From Candidatus Nanohalobium sp. (GTDB lineage: Archaea; Nanohalarchaeota; Nanosalinia; Nanosalinales; Nanosalinaceae), in contig JBDGSM010000080.1 of assembly GCA_042217545.1 (NCBI GenBank), positions 1 to 26,280 on the forward strand: a DNA stretch of 26,280 bases. The letters are read 5' to 3'. Below are positions 24,642 to 26,280 of this stretch, one piece after another. Position 1 is the stretch's first letter. Every line of letters begins with the position of its first letter. The position numbers and the translations under genes are program-made. The notes under the pieces were generated by a model. It made no database searches, was not told the DNA's origin, and saw only the letters and a program-made list of their open reading frames with translations.

Positions 24642-26280
24642 TTAACCGACCTCTTTCTCCAGCACAGGATCGTAAACCGTCTCGTTATCCGAGAAGTAAG
24701 GATAGTAAACCCGTGATACAGAGGCCTCATCAAGTCTTGAAGCTGCTTCTCCCTCGGAGACCTCGTAGCCAATCAGCGATTCCTCCTCCACAACCTGATC
24801 ATCGACGCCTACATCGAATATAGACTCGGTTAACTCGTTATCAGCGTTGATAAGGCCTTTATCCTGGAGATCCTGGAGCTTAGAGGCGATCTTGGAGACC
24901 TGGAGGCCTGTCTCATCCACAATCTCGCTCTTCGACCTTCCATCGGCGATAAGATCCAGTATCTTCCTGTCCTGGCCTTCAACTTTTGCCTTCTCCGCCT
25001 TGACCTGGTCTTTTACGCCGTCGACGAGAATCTTCTTCTCGGAGTTCTCCACAAGGTACAGCGGGTACCAGGCCTCGGAGATACTGTTTCCGAGATCCTG
25101 CTTGACCTCGTTGAGAGATCTCTGCGGCTTGAAGGCCTTTATGCTTTCCTTTTCAACGTAGTTCTCGGAAGTCTGTGTCTCTCCGCCGTGCTGGCTATTC
25201 CTCTGCCTTACATCCGTCATGACAGGGTAGTCGTTGCCGAGGACGAAGGAAACTCCGGGAGGCAGGGACTTGATCATGTCCTCCACTTCCGAGGTGATGC
25301 CTTCGAAGGATTTGGAAATTGCCTTCAGGTCGTTCGGGTTGGTCACCCTCAGAATGAACTGGGTGTTGCACTGGCTCAGCACGTTCTTGTCGATCCTTGC
25401 AGGCCTCTGACTGATTACTCCGAGGCCTAACCCGAACTTTCTTCCTTCCGACGCGATCTTTCTGAGTATAGGGTTTGATACGGCCTGGCCGAATCCTTTC
25501 TCCGGTACGAAGTTGTGGGCCTCCTCCATCACCATCAGGAACGGAGGAACCATGTCCTTCTTCCTCAGGTCGAACAGTTTCTTCGCCAGCATGTAGGCCG
25601 TCATCTCTGCTGCATCCGGTTCGACAGCTTTCAGGTTGATAACGGTTGCCTGACCTGGTTCAAGCAGATCCGTGAGGTCGACAGGGTTCGGGTCGAAGAG
25701 GCCTGACTCCTCTAACTGCTCCAGATAGTTCAGGAGATTCCATTTCGCGGTTGAGTCCTCCTGGGAGACCGCATCCTCTATGTCCAGTAAAGTATAGTCC
25801 TGATCTTTCTCCTTCAACCGTTTCAATGAGTTATAGAGCACTCCCATCTGCGAGTTGGTTAGAGAGTCCGGGATCAGCGTCATCAGTTCTTTCTTCCCCA
25901 GGTTCTTCGAGGAGAACTGGAGAGGCATAGCTTCGGAGTTGATGTCCGTGTTCGGCGAGTACTCCTTCACAGGATAGCCTCTGGCTTCGGGATCGCCGTT
26001 CTCCGGGTTAGGCCTTTTTAGGGAGGAGAATTCGCCGTGAGGATCCAGAATCATCACCGGGAAGTCCTGCTCCAGCAACTCTTCTACCAGGACGCCCGTA
26101 AGATAGCTGTTATGCGATACAATGCCTCCTGTGCCAGCAACGAAGTTGTGGTGCTCCCTAACGGTTAAATCATAAACGTAGCCAGCGTAATCTTTCTCTT
26201 CAATCGAGACTACCTTGTCCCAGTAGAGGTCAGAGCTAGCGAGATCTCTGAATAACTCGCTGTCAAGTTCTTCAGCCATA
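24642..26280 (-). CDS. HerA/DUF87-like ATPase with intein, 5'-truncated by the window
   Basis: SYLTGVLVEEL (after Walker A), ILDPHGEF, VMEEAHNF (Walker B), EGRKFGLG, SQRPA, LSQCNTQ; HTH-like C-terminal region. Confidence 0.9.
   Translation of the reverse strand, partial: MAEELDSELFRDLASSDLYWDKVVSIEEKDYAGYVYDLTVREHHNFVAGTGGIVSHNSYLTGVLVEELLEQDFPVMILDPHGEFSSLKRPNPENGDPEARGYPVKEYSPNTDINSEAMPLQFSSKNLGKKELMTLIPDSLTNSQMGVLYNSLKRLKEKDQDYTLLDIEDAVSQEDSTAKWNLLNYLEQLEESGLFDPNPVDLTDLLEPGQATVINLKAVEPDAAEMTAYMLAKKLFDLRKKDMVPPFLMVMEEAHNFVPEKGFGQAVSNPILRKIASEGRKFGLGLGVISQRPARIDKNVLSQCNTQFILRVTNPNDLKAISKSFEGITSEVEDMIKSLPPGVSFVLGNDYPVMTDVRQRNSQHGGETQTSENYVEKESIKAFKPQRSLNEVKQDLGNSISEAWYPLYLVENSEKKILVDGVKDQVKAEKAKVEGQDRKILDLIADGRSKSEIVDETGLQVSKIASKLQDLQDKGLINADNELTESIFDVGVDDQVVEEESLIGYEVSEGEAASRLDEASVSRVYYPYFSDNETVYDPVLEKEVG
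26109..26280 (-). mobile_element. C-terminal part of an intein
   Basis: DLYWDKVVSIE...YVYDLTV...HNFVAG (block F) and IVSHN|S (block G His-Asn followed by Ser +1 at 26108). Confidence 0.93.

Noticed and set aside
1..26280. CRISPR array, IS element or rRNA
   Set aside because: No regularly spaced repeats, transposase motifs or rRNA-like sequence; AGGCCT copies are irregularly spaced and mostly intragenic.

Overview
Compact archaeal chromosome segment. The very acidic cytoplasmic proteins, overlapping genes, TATA boxes about 25-27 nt before many start codons and archaeal ribosomal genes suggest a halophilic DPANN archaeon, probably Nanohaloarchaeota (inference). In order: 3' part of thrS; a 3-gene cassette bounded by a diverged copy of the thrS 3' end; a MaoC/hotdog-like protein; rps19e-PDCD5-rpl39e-aIF6 (rpl31e absent here); a type IV/Tad-like pilus locus (two TadB/C platform genes and a major pilin, converging on five class III signal peptide genes that include a 1265-aa nested VWA/jelly-roll/GEVED adhesin); ppsA with a C-terminal DUF2582-like wHTH; a decayed minD fused to a convergent gene remnant; a membrane wHTH regulator; a GT2 operon; truD; pth2; an intron-containing tRNA-Val(TAC); and an intein-containing HerA-like ATPase cut by the window edge. 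The most striking unexplained signal is the palindrome AGGCCT, counted by hand about 80 times against about 6 expected for a random hexamer. All family assignments come from motif recognition by eye, not database searches.
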